Origin: an uncultured delta proteobacterium
Lineage (GTDB): Bacteria; Desulfobacterota; BSN033; UBA1163
Length of the DNA: 64,000 nucleotides
NCBI GenBank assembly: GCA_963827685.1
Contig: CAWHBU010000004.1
Coordinates: forward strand, 352,001-416,000
Direction of reading: 5' to 3'
The translations under genes were made by a program, and so were the position numbers. Each line of letters starts with the position of its first letter. The stretch's first letter is position 1. The notes under the pieces are model-generated. The model was not told the DNA's origin, searched no databases, and saw nothing but the letters and a program-made list of their open reading frames with translations. Of this stretch, positions 63,116 through 64,000 are shown in pieces.

Positions 63116-63412
63116 ATGGGGGAAAAGAATCGTCATTTCAGCCGTGAGTTCAAACGAGATGCAGTGCAGTTGGTCACAGAGAAAGGGATGCCGGTAGGCA
63201 AGGTGGCCCGAGAGCTTGATATCCATCCCAATCTTCTTCATCTATGGAGGAGGAGGTTCTTAGCTAAAGGGGATAAAGCCTTCGTAGGGAAGGGCCGTGT
63301 AACGCCAGAGGAAGCGGAAATAAAGGGGCTCCGGAAGGAATTAGAAAAGGTGAAGGAAGAGAGGGACATTTTAAAAAAAGCCTTGGCCGTATTCTCCAAA
63401 CGAAACAGATGA
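63116..63412 (+). CDS. IS3 transposase OrfA
   Basis: FSREFKRDAV...VARELDI..W, ERDILKKA. Confidence 0.93.
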   Translation: MGEKNRHFSREFKRDAVQLVTEKGMPVGKVARELDIHPNLLHLWRRRFLAKGDKAFVGKGRVTPEEAEIKGLRKELEKVKEERDILKKALAVFSKRNR

Positions 63413-64000
63413 AGTATCGGTTGATAGAAGAGCACAGAGAGACCTACAAGATAAGGAGTATGAGTGAAGTGTTGAAGGTATCCAGAAGTGGTTATTATGC
63501 GTGGAAGACGCGTCAACCGAGCACACGTCAGAAAGACGATGAGGAGTTGCTGGGGCACATACGGGAGATCCACACTCAAAGCAGAAGGCTCTATGGGAGT
63601 CCGCGGATCGCAGCGGAGCTCAATAAGCAGGGTCTTAGATGTGGGAAGAACCGGGTAGCCAGGATCATGAAAGAGCACTCCATATGGGCAGAAGTGAAGA
63701 AAAAGAGATTCAGGCGGACTACCGATTCACGGCATCATTATGCCTTGGCTGCAAACTTACTGATTGACCAGAGGCAGACAGAGGGGGTATGGGCATCTGA
63801 TATTACGTTTGTGCCCACTTCTGAGGGATGGCTCTATGTGGCAGCAGTGATGAATGTGAAAAGCAGAAAGATCATTGGGCTGTCCATGAGCGATAAGCTC
63901 TCTCAGGAGCTAGCTTCTGCTGCGCTCAGGGACGCGGTGGGCAGGCAAAGCCCCTCTGAAGGGTTGATCCACCATTCTGATCGAGGCAGGCAGTATGCAA
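63409..64000 (+). CDS. IS3 transposase OrfB (partial)
   Basis: VSRSGYY, YGSPRI, WASDITFV, HHSDRG. Confidence 0.93.
   Translation, partial: MKYRLIEEHRETYKIRSMSEVLKVSRSGYYAWKTRQPSTRQKDDEELLGHIREIHTQSRRLYGSPRIAAELNKQGLRCGKNRVARIMKEHSIWAEVKKKRFRRTTDSRHHYALAANLLIDQRQTEGVWASDITFVPTSEGWLYVAAVMNVKSRKIIGLSMSDKLSQELASAALRDAVGRQSPSEGLIHHSDRGRQYA

Larger units (their letters stand above)
63055..64000 (+). mobile_element. IS3 family insertion sequence (truncated by window end)
   Basis: Left IR TGACCTTCCCCCGAGTTGATGGACAC; orfA/orfB with A7G slippery site 63373-63380. Confidence 0.93.

Overview
Bacterial chromosomal segment, probably Desulfobacterota/Deltaproteobacteria (inferred from hemB-ahbD and rsmG-parA-parB-bactofilin-atp order). 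A housekeeping core (lipA end, gcvT-glyA fusion, queG-like, complete F1Fo operon, parAB, rsmG, radA, polA, ahbD, hemB) lies between two accessory regions. Left (0.5-10 kb): two type II TA pairs, a decayed integron cassette array without an integrase (four attC-like sites, minus strand) and a run of small genes joined by shared linkers. Right (40-64 kb): an apparently intact group II intron at its cognate intergenic site, MarR followed by a duplicated Pal-ClC(CBS)-YihY module, pseudogene scars, a c-di-GMP-I-like riboswitch ahead of a two-component pair, DegP, an S10 peptidase and an IS3 element running off the end. The best novelty candidates are an unannotated 37-aa membrane microprotein between atpE and atpF in a Chloroflexota-like ATP synthase operon, the immobilised cassette array, the GcvT-SHMT fusion beside an OFA transporter, the duplicated Pal-ClC-YihY module, and inverted 7/8-mer repeat arrays and nested palindromes at gene junctions. 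No tRNA, rRNA or CRISPR array was seen. Family assignments come from motif recognition by eye, not from searches.
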